Of a DNA stretch of 64,000 nt, positions 1 to 9,017 are shown piece after piece. The translations under genes were made by a program, and so were the position numbers. Within the stretch, counting starts at the first letter, position 1, and each line of letters opens with the position of its first letter. The notes beneath the pieces were generated by a model that was not told where the DNA came from, ran no database searches, and was given only the letters and a program-made list of their open reading frames with translations. This stretch comes from Ignavibacteriales bacterium (GTDB lineage Bacteria > Bacteroidota > Ignavibacteria > UBA10030 > UBA6906), in the NCBI GenBank assembly GCA_037441705.1, contig JBBIRR010000005.1, forward strand, positions 1-64,000. Reading direction: 5' to 3'.

Positions 1-42
1 GAAAAAGACGAGGGGCTTCTATCGGGAAGTCCGTTGCAAATC

Positions 43-134
43 TTGTCGGGGCGGCGGGATTTTCCGCGCAGCGAGATGCCTTCGGCAGAACCCGCGACCT
101 TGGCGCCGAAGGCGCCACGCGCTTGCCGGGCTGC
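43..134 (-). pseudogene. Degenerate, remodelled copy of tRNA-Pro (lacks the 5' acceptor strand; T-loop insertion; anticodon arm replaced)
   Basis: 43-62 = 208-227 (20/20), 88-100 = 228-240 (13/13), 118-134 = 258-274 (16/17). 25-nt insert at 63-87. A 17-nt hairpin at 101-117 replaces the 17-nt anticodon arm. Confidence 0.85.
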
Positions 135-210
135 TTTCGGTTGATGTTGAGAAGGAAGGATGTGCCTCTGGTCTTGAGGCGACGATGCGGAGTTGCTGCT
201 AAAAAATTTG

Positions 211-285
211 TCGGGGCGGCGGGATTTGAACCCGCGACCTCTTGGTCCCGAACCAAGCGCGCTAGCCGGGCTGCGCCACACCCCG
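211..285 (-). tRNA. tRNA-Pro (anticodon CGG); CCA not encoded
   Basis: Reverse complement CGGGGTG-TGGCGCAGCCCGGCTAGCGCG-CTTGG-TTCGGGA-CCAAG-AGGTC-GCGGG-TTCAAAT-CCCGC-CGCCCCG-A folds as a cloverleaf with C1:G72 and A73 typical of tRNA-Pro. Confidence 0.97.
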
Positions 286-335
286 AGGAAATCGTTAACA
301 ACTTATTCAAATCCCGACTCGGAAGCAATGCCTCG

Positions 336-587
336 TCAGCTCTTCTGACGTCTGAGGAGATCGTCGAGGTAGCGTTCGATACCGCGCGCCTTGATCATCC
401 GCTCTCGCCGGACAGCCTCGCTTCGCGTTGGGAATTCCTCAACATGAAGTAACTCCCACGGAACACCAAACCGCGTGGAAGCTGATTCGCCATTGTTGTG
501 TTCGTGGAGTCTGTTGATGATGTCCTGCGTCGAGCCGACGTAGTAGCGTTTACGGGATGAGCTGCGAATGATGTAGACGGCGTACAT
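336..587 (-). CDS. Small stand-alone GIY-YIG nuclease family protein (83 aa)
   Basis: MYAVYII...RYYVGST..RLHEHN...ST....PWEL...EAVRRERMIK matches the GIY-YIG motif layout. Confidence 0.9.
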   Translation of the reverse strand: MYAVYIIRSSSRKRYYVGSTQDIINRLHEHNNGESASTRFGVPWELLHVEEFPTRSEAVRRERMIKARGIERYLDDLLRRQKS

Positions 588-649
588 GGCAGGAGGGATA
601 ATGCTTCGTCAAAGAACTGATGGGCGAGGGCTCATCTATGAATGTATTA

Positions 650-1831
650 TCAAACGCTAATAGTAGGCAATATTTCTGCCAGCGCATTGCAGAGTTGATC
701 GACATGTGTGGGACGAATGATCAACGGCGGAAGGAAGCGGAGCACTGTCTTACTGGTGACGTTGATGAGGATCTTTCGCTCCAGCAGCGCATCGAGTATG
801 GGCTTGCCTTCGGTCACCAACTCTACGCCTGCCATCAATCCCTTCCCGCGAACGTCTTTCACAAGAGCCGGGAATTCGCGTTGCAAGGATGTCAATTGTT
901 GAAGGAAATATGCACCCACCGAAGCCGCATTGTCCATCACGCCGTTATGCACGATCTCGTTCAGCACCACTTTTCCTGCAGCGCAAGCGACGGGATTGCC
1001 GCCGAAGGTTGTACCGTGGTTGCCGGGTTTCAGCACATCTTTCAACTGCTGGCTCACAAGAATTGCGCCCAGCGGCAGTCCGCCGCCTAATGGCTTGGCG
1101 AGCGTTACGATGTCCGGTGTAAGCCCATAGTGTTCGGATGCAAGGAACCTCCCCGTGCGTCCGATGCCGGACTGCACTTCATCGGCAACGAGCAGGAAGC
1201 CGAACTGCCTGCGCAGCGTTGCAAGTCGCTCCGCGAATGCCGGACTCATCTCAACGACCCCACCTTCACCTTGAATGCACTCGAAGAACACCGCTGCGGT
1301 TTCTGGGCCTACTGTTCGGTTCAGGGCCTCGACATCGTTCAGCGGAATGGCGATACACCCGTCAAGAAATGGCCCGAAGCCTTCGCGGTAGTCGGCGTTG
1401 GTCATCAGCGACAGCGCACCCATCGTTCGGCCGTGAAAACTATTTTCCATGGCGACAATGTGCGATCGGCTGTTTGCGCTGCCCCATTTGCGGACAAGTT
1501 TCAGCGCGCCTTCGGTTGCCTCGGTCCCGCTGTTGCAGAAGAAGACACGGCTGTAGCCTGTGATCTGCTTGAGCGCTTCTGCCAGTTCTACCTGCGGTCG
1601 CTGGATGAAATAGTTGGAGATGTGGATGTAGTGAGCCGCTTGTTCAGCGATGGCCTGCTGCAGCCCGGCGTGTCCGTACCCGAGCGCGTTTACCGCCACG
1701 CCGCCGAGGAAGTCGAGGTACGCGTTCCCCTGCGCATCATAGAGATACATTCCCTCTCCTCGAACAATCTCTACGGGGAGTCGCTTATAGGTCGAAAGGA
1801 AGGATTGCGCTTCGCGTTCGAAGAGTGTCAT
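650..1831 (-). CDS. argD: Acetylornithine aminotransferase (class III PLP)
   Basis: CNSGTEA, SFHGRT, IQGEGG, ADEVQSGIGRTG, AKPLGGG, HGTTFGGNP. ATG at 1831 with GGAG upstream; divergent from the arg operon. Confidence 0.93.
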   Translation of the reverse strand: MTLFEREAQSFLSTYKRLPVEIVRGEGMYLYDAQGNAYLDFLGGVAVNALGYGHAGLQQAIAEQAAHYIHISNYFIQRPQVELAEALKQITGYSRVFFCNSGTEATEGALKLVRKWGSANSRSHIVAMENSFHGRTMGALSLMTNADYREGFGPFLDGCIAIPLNDVEALNRTVGPETAAVFFECIQGEGGVVEMSPAFAERLATLRRQFGFLLVADEVQSGIGRTGRFLASEHYGLTPDIVTLAKPLGGGLPLGAILVSQQLKDVLKPGNHGTTFGGNPVACAAGKVVLNEIVHNGVMDNAASVGAYFLQQLTSLQREFPALVKDVRGKGLMAGVELVTEGKPILDALLERKILINVTSKTVLRFLPPLIIRPTHVDQLCNALAEILPTISV

Positions 1832-1863
1832 CGGTGCTCCGGAGTGATGATCAGAAAATTTTG

Positions 1864-1901
1864 CTTGCATAATTATACCGAATAATGTATAATCATGCAA
1901 A
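1864..1901. promoter_or_regulatory. Tandem ARG boxes (ArgR operator) between divergent argD and argC
   Basis: CTTGCATAATTATACCGA (1864-1881) and AATGTATAATCATGCAAA (1884-1901): two 18-bp TGnAT-N4-ATnCA-like palindromes 2 bp apart; argR is in the operon. Confidence 0.85.
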
Positions 1902-1920
1902 CCTTTTTCGGGAGTCGTTC

Positions 1921-2952
1921 TTGACCATTCGTGTTGGCGTCGTCGGTGCGTCGGGGTATTCGGGACTGGAGCTGCTGAAATTACTGCTCGTTCATCCCCG
2001 CGTACGCGTGATGAAACTCTTCGGCAATGCTTCAAGCGGGAAGAGCATCGATGCGGTGCATCCTTCCCTGCGGGGAGTGCTTACGACAACGATCGAGGAA
2101 TTTTCTCCTTCACGCCTCAGCGACGTTGATCTTCTCTTCGTTGCACTTCCTTCGGGGCATGCGATGACGATTGTTTCCGCGGCACTTGCGGCGGGTTGCC
2201 GCGTCATCGATCTCGGCGGTGACTTCCGGCTCGCCGATCCGTTCGTCTACCAAAAATACTACGGCCACGAGCATACCGCGGCCGATCTGCTCGGTCATGC
2301 CGTGTATGGGTTGAGTGAATGGAATTGCGAGGATATTCGCACCGCGCGGCTCGTCGCCAATCCGGGTTGCTACCCCACAAGCATCCAGCTTGCGCTGCTG
2401 CCGTTGCTCAAGGCCGGACTTCTTGCGGCTGTGCCGATGAGCATCAGTTCCTACAGCGGCACATCGGGCGCTGGACGAGCCGTCTCCGAAGCGATGATGT
2501 TTACGGAAGTGAACGAAAGTGTCCGTGCATATAAAGTCGGCACGCATCAGCACATTCCTGAAATCCGACAATACCTCCAACGGTTCGGTGGAGCGGACGT
2601 CGCGTTCTCATTCGTTCCTCATCTTCTTCCTGTCTCGCGTGGAATCTACACGACGATCTTCTGTGCATTGCGTTCGGGAGTTGGCGTGAACGACATTGCG
2701 CAGGCTTACGAGACGTCGTACGCGTCCGCACCGTTCGTGCGGCTCGTTGCCCCGTCAATCCCCGAAATGAAAGACGTGCAGCACACGAATTTCTGCGACA
2801 TCGGATTCGTGATAGACGGCCAGCACCTTGTGGTTTTTTCGGCAATAGACAATTTGGGCAAAGGAGCGGCAGGCCAGGCGGTACAAAACATGAACATCAT
2901 GTTCGGTCTTCCACAAACAGAAGGACTACTCCCATGCTTCACGAAGAACTGA
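1921..2952 (+). CDS. argC: N-acetyl-gamma-glutamyl-phosphate reductase
   Basis: VGASGYSG, ANPGCYPT, SGTSGAG, DNLGKGAAGQAVQNMN. Probable TTG start at 1921 after GGGAG (the ORF track starts at 1885, inside the ARG box). Confidence 0.95.
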   Translation: MTIRVGVVGASGYSGLELLKLLLVHPRVRVMKLFGNASSGKSIDAVHPSLRGVLTTTIEEFSPSRLSDVDLLFVALPSGHAMTIVSAALAAGCRVIDLGGDFRLADPFVYQKYYGHEHTAADLLGHAVYGLSEWNCEDIRTARLVANPGCYPTSIQLALLPLLKAGLLAAVPMSISSYSGTSGAGRAVSEAMMFTEVNESVRAYKVGTHQHIPEIRQYLQRFGGADVAFSFVPHLLPVSRGIYTTIFCALRSGVGVNDIAQAYETSYASAPFVRLVAPSIPEMKDVQHTNFCDIGFVIDGQHLVVFSAIDNLGKGAAGQAVQNMNIMFGLPQTEGLLPCFTKN

Positions 2953-4163
2953 CCGCTGCCGAAATCGGGACACGCGGCGGCATCACGCTGCCGAGCGGTT
3001 TTCGTGCGATTGGAATTCACTGCGGCGTGAAAAAGGCGAAGAAGGATCTTGCTTTGATCATCTCCGATGTGCCCGCCGTTGCAGCGGCGGTGTTCACACA
3101 AAACCGCGTGCAGGCCGCGCCTGTGGTGCTGAGCAAGCGGCACTTCGCTCTGCGGAAAACCTTCCGCGCCGTCGTGGTCAACAGCGGCAACGCCAATGCG
3201 TGTACGGGGAATCGGGGCTATGCCGATGCCTGCAGCATGGCGGAGGTGACCGCCGAAGTCCTTGGTGTTTCTCCGACCGAAGTACTCGTTGCCTCCACCG
3301 GTGTCATCGGTGAGCCGCTGCCCATGGAGAAAATCGAGCGCGGCATTCGAACAGCGGCATTGCTCTTGAGTGAAGCGGAGCACGAAAGCGCAGCCGAGGC
3401 AATCATGACGACCGATACGTTCAAAAAAGTTGCGACGGCTTCTTTTGATATTGATGGACGGATGGTGAACATTGGAGGGATTGCCAAAGGTTCTGGAATG
3501 ATTCATCCCAACATGGCGACCATGCTCGCGTTCGTCACCACGGATGCAACGCTTGAACGCGATGTGTTTCAGGATCTGCTGAAGGCGACCGTTGACCGGA
3601 CATTCAATCGTATTGTCGTGGATGGTGATACGAGTACCAACGATATGGTGGTGGCCCTGGCTAACGGAGAGTCCGGGGTAAAGCCGTTGCTGCCCGGGAC
3701 GCGAGGGTACAAACAGTTTGCCTTTCATCTCGAGCGTGTGTTGCAAGAACTTGCCGTTGCTATTGTTCGGGATGGCGAGGGCGCGACGAAACTGGTCGAG
3801 ATCACCGTCGAAGGGGCGTACAGCAACGCCGATGCGCTGAAGGCAGCAAAAGCCATTGCGCTCTCGCCGCTGGTCAAGACGGCCATTCATGGAGAGGATG
3901 CAAACTGGGGGCGCATCATCGCAGCAGTCGGATATTCTGGCATCGAGTTCGACCCCGCGCAATGTGAGATCGTCATCAACGGCGCGCCCATTCTCTGCAA
4001 GAACTTCGTCGTGCCGCTCGCCAATGCGGAAGCAAATCGCAGCTTGAAACGCGAGACAGTGGATTTGCGTGTCGCTTTGCATGCAGGAGAGGGACGTGCA
4101 ACAGTGTGGACATGCGATTTTTCCGAGCAGTACGTTGCCATCAACGGGAGCTATCGGTCATGA
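2934..4163 (+). CDS. argJ: Ornithine acetyltransferase / N-acetylglutamate synthase
   Basis: NSGNANACTG, STGVIG, IMTTDT, KGSGMIHPNMATML (autocleavage site), DTSTNDMV, RDGEGATK. Confidence 0.96.
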   Translation: MLHEELTAAEIGTRGGITLPSGFRAIGIHCGVKKAKKDLALIISDVPAVAAAVFTQNRVQAAPVVLSKRHFALRKTFRAVVVNSGNANACTGNRGYADACSMAEVTAEVLGVSPTEVLVASTGVIGEPLPMEKIERGIRTAALLLSEAEHESAAEAIMTTDTFKKVATASFDIDGRMVNIGGIAKGSGMIHPNMATMLAFVTTDATLERDVFQDLLKATVDRTFNRIVVDGDTSTNDMVVALANGESGVKPLLPGTRGYKQFAFHLERVLQELAVAIVRDGEGATKLVEITVEGAYSNADALKAAKAIALSPLVKTAIHGEDANWGRIIAAVGYSGIEFDPAQCEIVINGAPILCKNFVVPLANAEANRSLKRETVDLRVALHAGEGRATVWTCDFSEQYVAINGSYRS

Positions 4164-5050
4164 GCACCAACGGCCGATTCCGCAAGGAAGACGTGCTCGT
4201 CGAGGCGCTGCCGTACATTCAGCAGTTCGAGCACACGACGTTCGTTATTAAGTACGGCGGTGCGGCGATGGAAGATGAGGACCTGAAGCAAACAGTTGCA
4301 CAGGATGTCACTCTGCTGCGCAAGATCGGTGTTGACGTTGTCGTCGTTCATGGCGGAGGCAAGGAGATCAGCGCGCTGGCAAAGCAGTTGAATCTCGAAA
4401 CCCGGTTCGTAAACGGCCAGCGCTATACCGACGAGCGGATGCGGGACGTTGTGCAAATGGTGCTTGCCGGCCTCATCAATAAGGATATCGTTCGCCGGAT
4501 CAATTTGCACGGCGGACGCGCCGTCGGCGTCAGCGGCATTGACGCCAATCTCCTCTCAGCACAAAAATTTGATGGCGGCAATCTCGGTCTGGTGGGAGAG
4601 GTGATCGGCGTGAATGCGGCGCTCATTCGCAATCTGCTGAACGACGGATACCTCCCTGTTGTCGCGCCGATCGGCGTTGACGACGCAGGCACCATCTATA
4701 ACATCAATGCGGATATTGCCGCGGGGGAAATCGCCGCGGCACTCGGCGCGGTGAAATTGGTCTATCTGAGCGACATCGAGGGCGTGAAGGCAAACGGCTC
4801 GCTCCTTTCCCACCTGACAGAAGACGAGGCCAACGCATACATCAGCAGCGGAACGATCAATGGCGGCATGATCCCCAAGATCGAATCGGCACTCAAGGCG
4901 GTGCGAGCAGGCGTTCAGAAAGTTCATATCATTGACGGGCGTGTCCCGCACGGACTTCTGTTGGAGATTTTTACAAAAGAAGGAATAGGAACAGAAATCG
5001 TCCGTGAGATGGAAGCAAGAGCGGCAGAGAAACTGCACTCTGAACCTTGA
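4160..5050 (+). CDS. argB: Acetylglutamate kinase
   Basis: EALPYI, VIKYGGAAM, VVHGGG, NINAD, GGMIPKI, GIGT. ATGA overlap with the argJ stop. Confidence 0.95.
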   Translation: MSTNGRFRKEDVLVEALPYIQQFEHTTFVIKYGGAAMEDEDLKQTVAQDVTLLRKIGVDVVVVHGGGKEISALAKQLNLETRFVNGQRYTDERMRDVVQMVLAGLINKDIVRRINLHGGRAVGVSGIDANLLSAQKFDGGNLGLVGEVIGVNAALIRNLLNDGYLPVVAPIGVDDAGTIYNINADIAAGEIAAALGAVKLVYLSDIEGVKANGSLLSHLTEDEANAYISSGTINGGMIPKIESALKAVRAGVQKVHIIDGRVPHGLLLEIFTKEGIGTEIVREMEARAAEKLHSEP

Positions 5051-5075
5051 ACCCAAGAGGCTCGGAATCAGAGCG

Positions 5076-5531
5076 ATGAGCAAAGAGGAGATCACAAAAC
5101 GCCATGCTGCCATCAAGGCGCTGATTTCGTCGAAGGACATCGCGAATCAGAACGAGCTGGCGAAAGAACTGAGGAAGAAGGGCATCGTGGTTACACAAGC
5201 GACGCTTTCTCGAGATCTGGCCGAGTTGGGCATCATTCGTATGCCGACGGAAGATGGCTATCGGTACGAGATCCGCACGAATGAAGTCGAGCCGGTCCTG
5301 CGCGGCTTCACATCCGAAGAAGTAATCTCCATCGAGGCCAATGAGCAGCTGATCGTTATCAAAACGTTTCCGGGTCGAGCACAGGGCGTCGCATTTCTTC
5401 TGGACAGCAAGAAAGATCACCACATTCTCGGCACGATCGCGGGTGATGATACGATCATCGTCGTTCCGCGTTCTGTCAAGCACATCAAGAAAACAATCAA
5501 GACCATATCACATCATTTAGGAGTGGGATGA
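5076..5531 (+). CDS. argR: Arginine repressor
   Basis: NQNEL, VTQATLSRDL (DNA-binding helix), LGTIAGDDTI (arginine-binding). Confidence 0.95.
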   Translation: MSKEEITKRHAAIKALISSKDIANQNELAKELRKKGIVVTQATLSRDLAELGIIRMPTEDGYRYEIRTNEVEPVLRGFTSEEVISIEANEQLIVIKTFPGRAQGVAFLLDSKKDHHILGTIAGDDTIIVVPRSVKHIKKTIKTISHHLGVG

Positions 5532-6791
5532 ATGGGAAAGCCCAAGATCGTTGTCGCGTACTCCGGCGGACTCGACACTTCCGTCATGGTTCACTGGCTC
5601 AAACAGCATTACGACGCAGAGATTATCACCTGCACGGGAAACCTCGGGCAGACGAAGGAGACTTCGTCGCTGAAAGAGAAGGCGCTTGCCTCGGGCGCGT
5701 CGAAAGTATATTACATTGATTTGCGGAAAGAGTTTCTCGAGCAGTACGCCTTCCCGGCGCTGCAGGCCGGTGCTCTCTACGAAGATGCCTACCCGATGGC
5801 AACATCCCTCGGGCGACCGTTGTTGGCAAAGACGATGGTCGAGGTTGCACGCAAGGAAGGAGCAGCGATGATAGCGCATGGCTGCACGGGCAAAGGCAAC
5901 GATCAGGTTCGGTTCGAGGTCTCCATCGGCGCGTTGGCTCCGGATATTCAGGTGATTGCGCCGCTGCGGTCGTGGGAGTTCAAATCACGCGAAGAGGAAA
6001 TCGCCTATGCCTCTGCCAACGGCATTCCCGTCTCCGCTACAGTCAAAAGCCCCTATTCGATAGATGAGAACTTGTGGGGGACCAGCATCGAGTGCGGTGT
6101 GCTGGAAGACCCGATGGTGGAGCCTCCGCTGGACGCGTTCCAGACGACGGCCTCGCCTGAGCTTGCGCCGGACGAATCGGACGAAGTGGCGATCGGGTTC
6201 GAGAAGGGAATTCCGGTCAGCATAGATGGGAGAGAGATGGACAGCATCTCACTCGTGGAATTTCTTAACTCGCTCGGCGCGCAGAATGCGATCGGCAGAA
6301 TTGATCTGATCGAGAATCGCCTGGTCGGCATCAAGTCCCGCGAAGTGTACGAAGCGCCCGCGGCGACCATTCTGCATTTTGCTCACAAAGAACTGGAACG
6401 CCTGACGCTCGATAAAGCCGTGATGCATTACAAAGCCCTCGTCGCGCATGAGTATGCGAACCTCATCTACAACGGTTTGTGGCACGCCCCGCTGCGCGAA
6501 GCGTTGGCGGCTTTCGTAAAGAAGACGCAGGAACGCGTTACCGGGATCGTGAAGGTACGACTCTATAAAGGAACCATCCGCGTCGTCGCTCGCAGTTCGC
6601 CATTCTCGCTCTACGATCCGATGATGGCAACCTACACGGCCGAAGATCAATTCGATCACAAAGCATCGGAAGGCTTCATCAAGATTTTTGGGCTGCCTTT
6701 GAAGACGTACAACCGGGTGATGCAAAAGCACGGCGGCCAGCAGCGGGCGCTTGTGTACGAAAACGCTGATTCCTCCGATGGCCATCACTGA
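5532..6791 (+). CDS. argG: Argininosuccinate synthase
   Basis: [40 protein letters not shown]. Confidence 0.97.
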   Translation: MGKPKIVVAYSGGLDTSVMVHWLKQHYDAEIITCTGNLGQTKETSSLKEKALASGASKVYYIDLRKEFLEQYAFPALQAGALYEDAYPMATSLGRPLLAKTMVEVARKEGAAMIAHGCTGKGNDQVRFEVSIGALAPDIQVIAPLRSWEFKSREEEIAYASANGIPVSATVKSPYSIDENLWGTSIECGVLEDPMVEPPLDAFQTTASPELAPDESDEVAIGFEKGIPVSIDGREMDSISLVEFLNSLGAQNAIGRIDLIENRLVGIKSREVYEAPAATILHFAHKELERLTLDKAVMHYKALVAHEYANLIYNGLWHAPLREALAAFVKKTQERVTGIVKVRLYKGTIRVVARSSPFSLYDPMMATYTAEDQFDHKASEGFIKIFGLPLKTYNRVMQKHGGQQRALVYENADSSDGHH

Positions 6792-6799
6792 GACAACGT

Positions 6800-8197
6800 A
6801 TGCCGCTGTGGAATAGTCGGTTCCGCAAACCACTGGCCGAGCGTGCACTGCGATTCTCGTCCTCGGTCGAGACGGACAAACGACTGTATAACGAGGACAT
6901 TGACGGCAGCAAAGCTCATGTCCGCATGTTGGTGAAGCAGAAGATCATTCCTGCGGCCGATGGGCGGGCAATTCTGCGTGGCCTCGAAGCGATCCGCAGA
7001 GAGATCGCTTCCGGCAGGCTGAAGATGGACTGGCGCAAGGAGGATATCCACACCATCATCGAAGAACGATTGGTGGAGAGGATCGGCGAACGCGGAAAGC
7101 GCCTGCACACTGCGCGCAGCCGGAACGATCAAGTCGCGCTCGACGAACGTCTCTATCTCCGAAAGGAAATCGAAGCCGTGTGTGCCGCGATCCGCGCGCT
7201 CCAGACGTCGTTACTCCGACAGGCGGAGGAACATGCGGCCACGATTGTTCCCGGGTACACCCACCTTCAACGCGCGCAGCCGATTGTGCTGGCGCATCAT
7301 CTTCTTGCCTACCTCTCGATGTTCGAACGCGACGTTGAACGTTTTCGTGATTGTGCAAGGCGGGTTAATCGGTCGCCCCTTGGCGCCGCTGCATTTGCGG
7401 GTACGTCGCTTCCCATTGATCGTCCAGCAGTAGCACGTTCGCTGGGGTTCGATGACATCGTTGAGAACAGCATTGATGCGGTGAGCGACCGCGACGTGCT
7501 GATTGAGTTCATCGGTGCCTGTGCCATTACGATGATGCACCTCAGCCGTCTCGCGGAAGAAATCGTGTTATGGTGCACAACCGAGTTCGGCGCAGCGCAC
7601 ATGGACGACGCCTATGCGACGGGCAGCAGTCTGATGCCCCAGAAAAAAAACCCGGACATGGCCGAACTGATGCGAGGGAAGACGGGGCGCGTCTATGGCG
7701 ATTTGGTCGCACTTCTTACCGTCATGAAAGGGCTGCCGTTGGCGTACAACCGCGACATGCAGGAAGACAAGCCGGCTCTGTTCGACGCGGCGGACACGGC
7801 GAGGGAGTCGCTGCTCATTGCTGCGGAGTTAGTGGCTCATCTTCGGTTGAACGGGCGAGGGATGGGAGCGGAACAAGCAGAAGATTATTCCCATGCAACG
7901 GATATAGTTGAGTATTTGGTGGAGAAGGGGGTTCCGTTCAGAACGGCGCATCGAATCGTCGGGATGCTTGTTGCGTATTGTGTCGAGAAGAGGCGCAGCA
8001 TCAGCAGCTTGTCGGCTCGTGAAGTACGACGGTTTTCGCACCATCTTGATCCAGCCTTCCTTGCTTCTCTCACGCCTGCTCTGAGTGTCCGAAGGAAACA
8101 GTCGGCAGGCAGCACTTCTCCACGCGAAGTGCAGCGACAGTTGCGCCGCTGGAAGCGCTATCTTCAGAAAAAAGGCGGCCGTCAAGTTTTTAGTTGA
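6800..8197 (+). CDS. argH: Argininosuccinate lyase
   Basis: LHTARSRNDQ, PGYTHLQRAQP, GSSLMPQKKNPD, YNRDMQEDK. Confidence 0.97.
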   Translation: MPLWNSRFRKPLAERALRFSSSVETDKRLYNEDIDGSKAHVRMLVKQKIIPAADGRAILRGLEAIRREIASGRLKMDWRKEDIHTIIEERLVERIGERGKRLHTARSRNDQVALDERLYLRKEIEAVCAAIRALQTSLLRQAEEHAATIVPGYTHLQRAQPIVLAHHLLAYLSMFERDVERFRDCARRVNRSPLGAAAFAGTSLPIDRPAVARSLGFDDIVENSIDAVSDRDVLIEFIGACAITMMHLSRLAEEIVLWCTTEFGAAHMDDAYATGSSLMPQKKNPDMAELMRGKTGRVYGDLVALLTVMKGLPLAYNRDMQEDKPALFDAADTARESLLIAAELVAHLRLNGRGMGAEQAEDYSHATDIVEYLVEKGVPFRTAHRIVGMLVAYCVEKRRSISSLSAREVRRFSHHLDPAFLASLTPALSVRRKQSAGSTSPREVQRQLRRWKRYLQKKGGRQVFS

Positions 8198-8222
8198 CAA
8201 AGCAGTGCGAGTTTTCTACATT
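8194..8222 (+). promoter_or_regulatory. Sigma70-type promoter for the envelope cassette
   Basis: TTGACA (8194-8199)-N17-TACATT (8217-8222), overlapping the argH stop. Confidence 0.7.
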
Positions 8223-8379
8223 TACGTAGCACCGGTTAGTGCTCATCACACCATCTCTCGTTATCCGAAGGTCTGCAGACAAACAGGCGTGAATCGTAAT
8301 TTCGCCTCAAGAGGTGGTCATGATGAACATGAAGCAAGCACGTCGCAACTCCACCAACAACATCCAACACACAGGACGT

Positions 8380-9009
8380 ATGAGATTCGTACAACGGGGT
8401 ACGGGAAGCATCACGCTGTTGCTGCTTTCTGTTGCCTTTCTTTTCGTCTCGTGTAGCCAGTATGACTACACGTCGCCGCTCCCCGGCATTCTTGAATTCC
8501 GATTGAAGACCAAAAACTCGCGCACCTCGCTGATGCCGTATGGCACGAGCAACTTCACATTCAATCTGAAAAGCCTTGAGGCTGTGCGTGCGGGCGGCGG
8601 GCGCCTGGATGTGCTGCCGGATTTGAATGCCATCAGGCGTCCAACGAACGGCGATTTCATTAACGCCTTGGATACCCTGGCGCGCGATTCGGCCATCATT
8701 CTCGGCCGGTCGTACGCACCGCCGGGCGAGTATGTCGGCGTCAACCTTGTTGCAACAATTGAAAGCGGCGGGGTGCTGGTGCCCCGCGCATCGGGGATTC
8801 CCTCGTTTCTTCCGGTCGTGCCGCCTCCCGTCATTGTTCCGGCACTCAAACAGCTTCCTCGACCGGGCGAGTCGTTAAGCATCAAGGTTGCAGAGAATGG
8901 AGTGACGCGGGTGAACATCATGCTCGACCTCGATTCCACGCTGGTTCGGCGAGCGGAGTACTTTGAAGGGTCTCTTCAATTTTATATTTCATCGATACAA
9001 AACTTCTAG
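8380..9009 (+). CDS. Putative lipoprotein, DUF4382-like
   Basis: Hydrophobic signal ending LFVS-C (lipobox); PPGEYVGV and IKVAENGVTRVNIMLDLDSTL resemble DUF4382. Start uncertain (8320/8380). Confidence 0.6.
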   Translation: MRFVQRGTGSITLLLLSVAFLFVSCSQYDYTSPLPGILEFRLKTKNSRTSLMPYGTSNFTFNLKSLEAVRAGGGRLDVLPDLNAIRRPTNGDFINALDTLARDSAIILGRSYAPPGEYVGVNLVATIESGGVLVPRASGIPSFLPVVPPPVIVPALKQLPRPGESLSIKVAENGVTRVNIMLDLDSTLVRRAEYFEGSLQFYISSIQNF

Positions 9010-9017
9010 AGCTGCAT

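Noticed and set aside
123-452. 109-aa + strand ORF
   Set aside because: Antisense translation of tRNA-Pro (GAAGFEPATS) and of the GIY-YIG gene.
2706-4082. 458-aa minus-strand ORF
   Set aside because: Shadow of argC/argJ; no motifs, typical of GC-rich codon bias.
7643-7650. A8 run in argH as a phase-variation site
   Set aside because: Encodes the conserved QKKNPD signature in frame.
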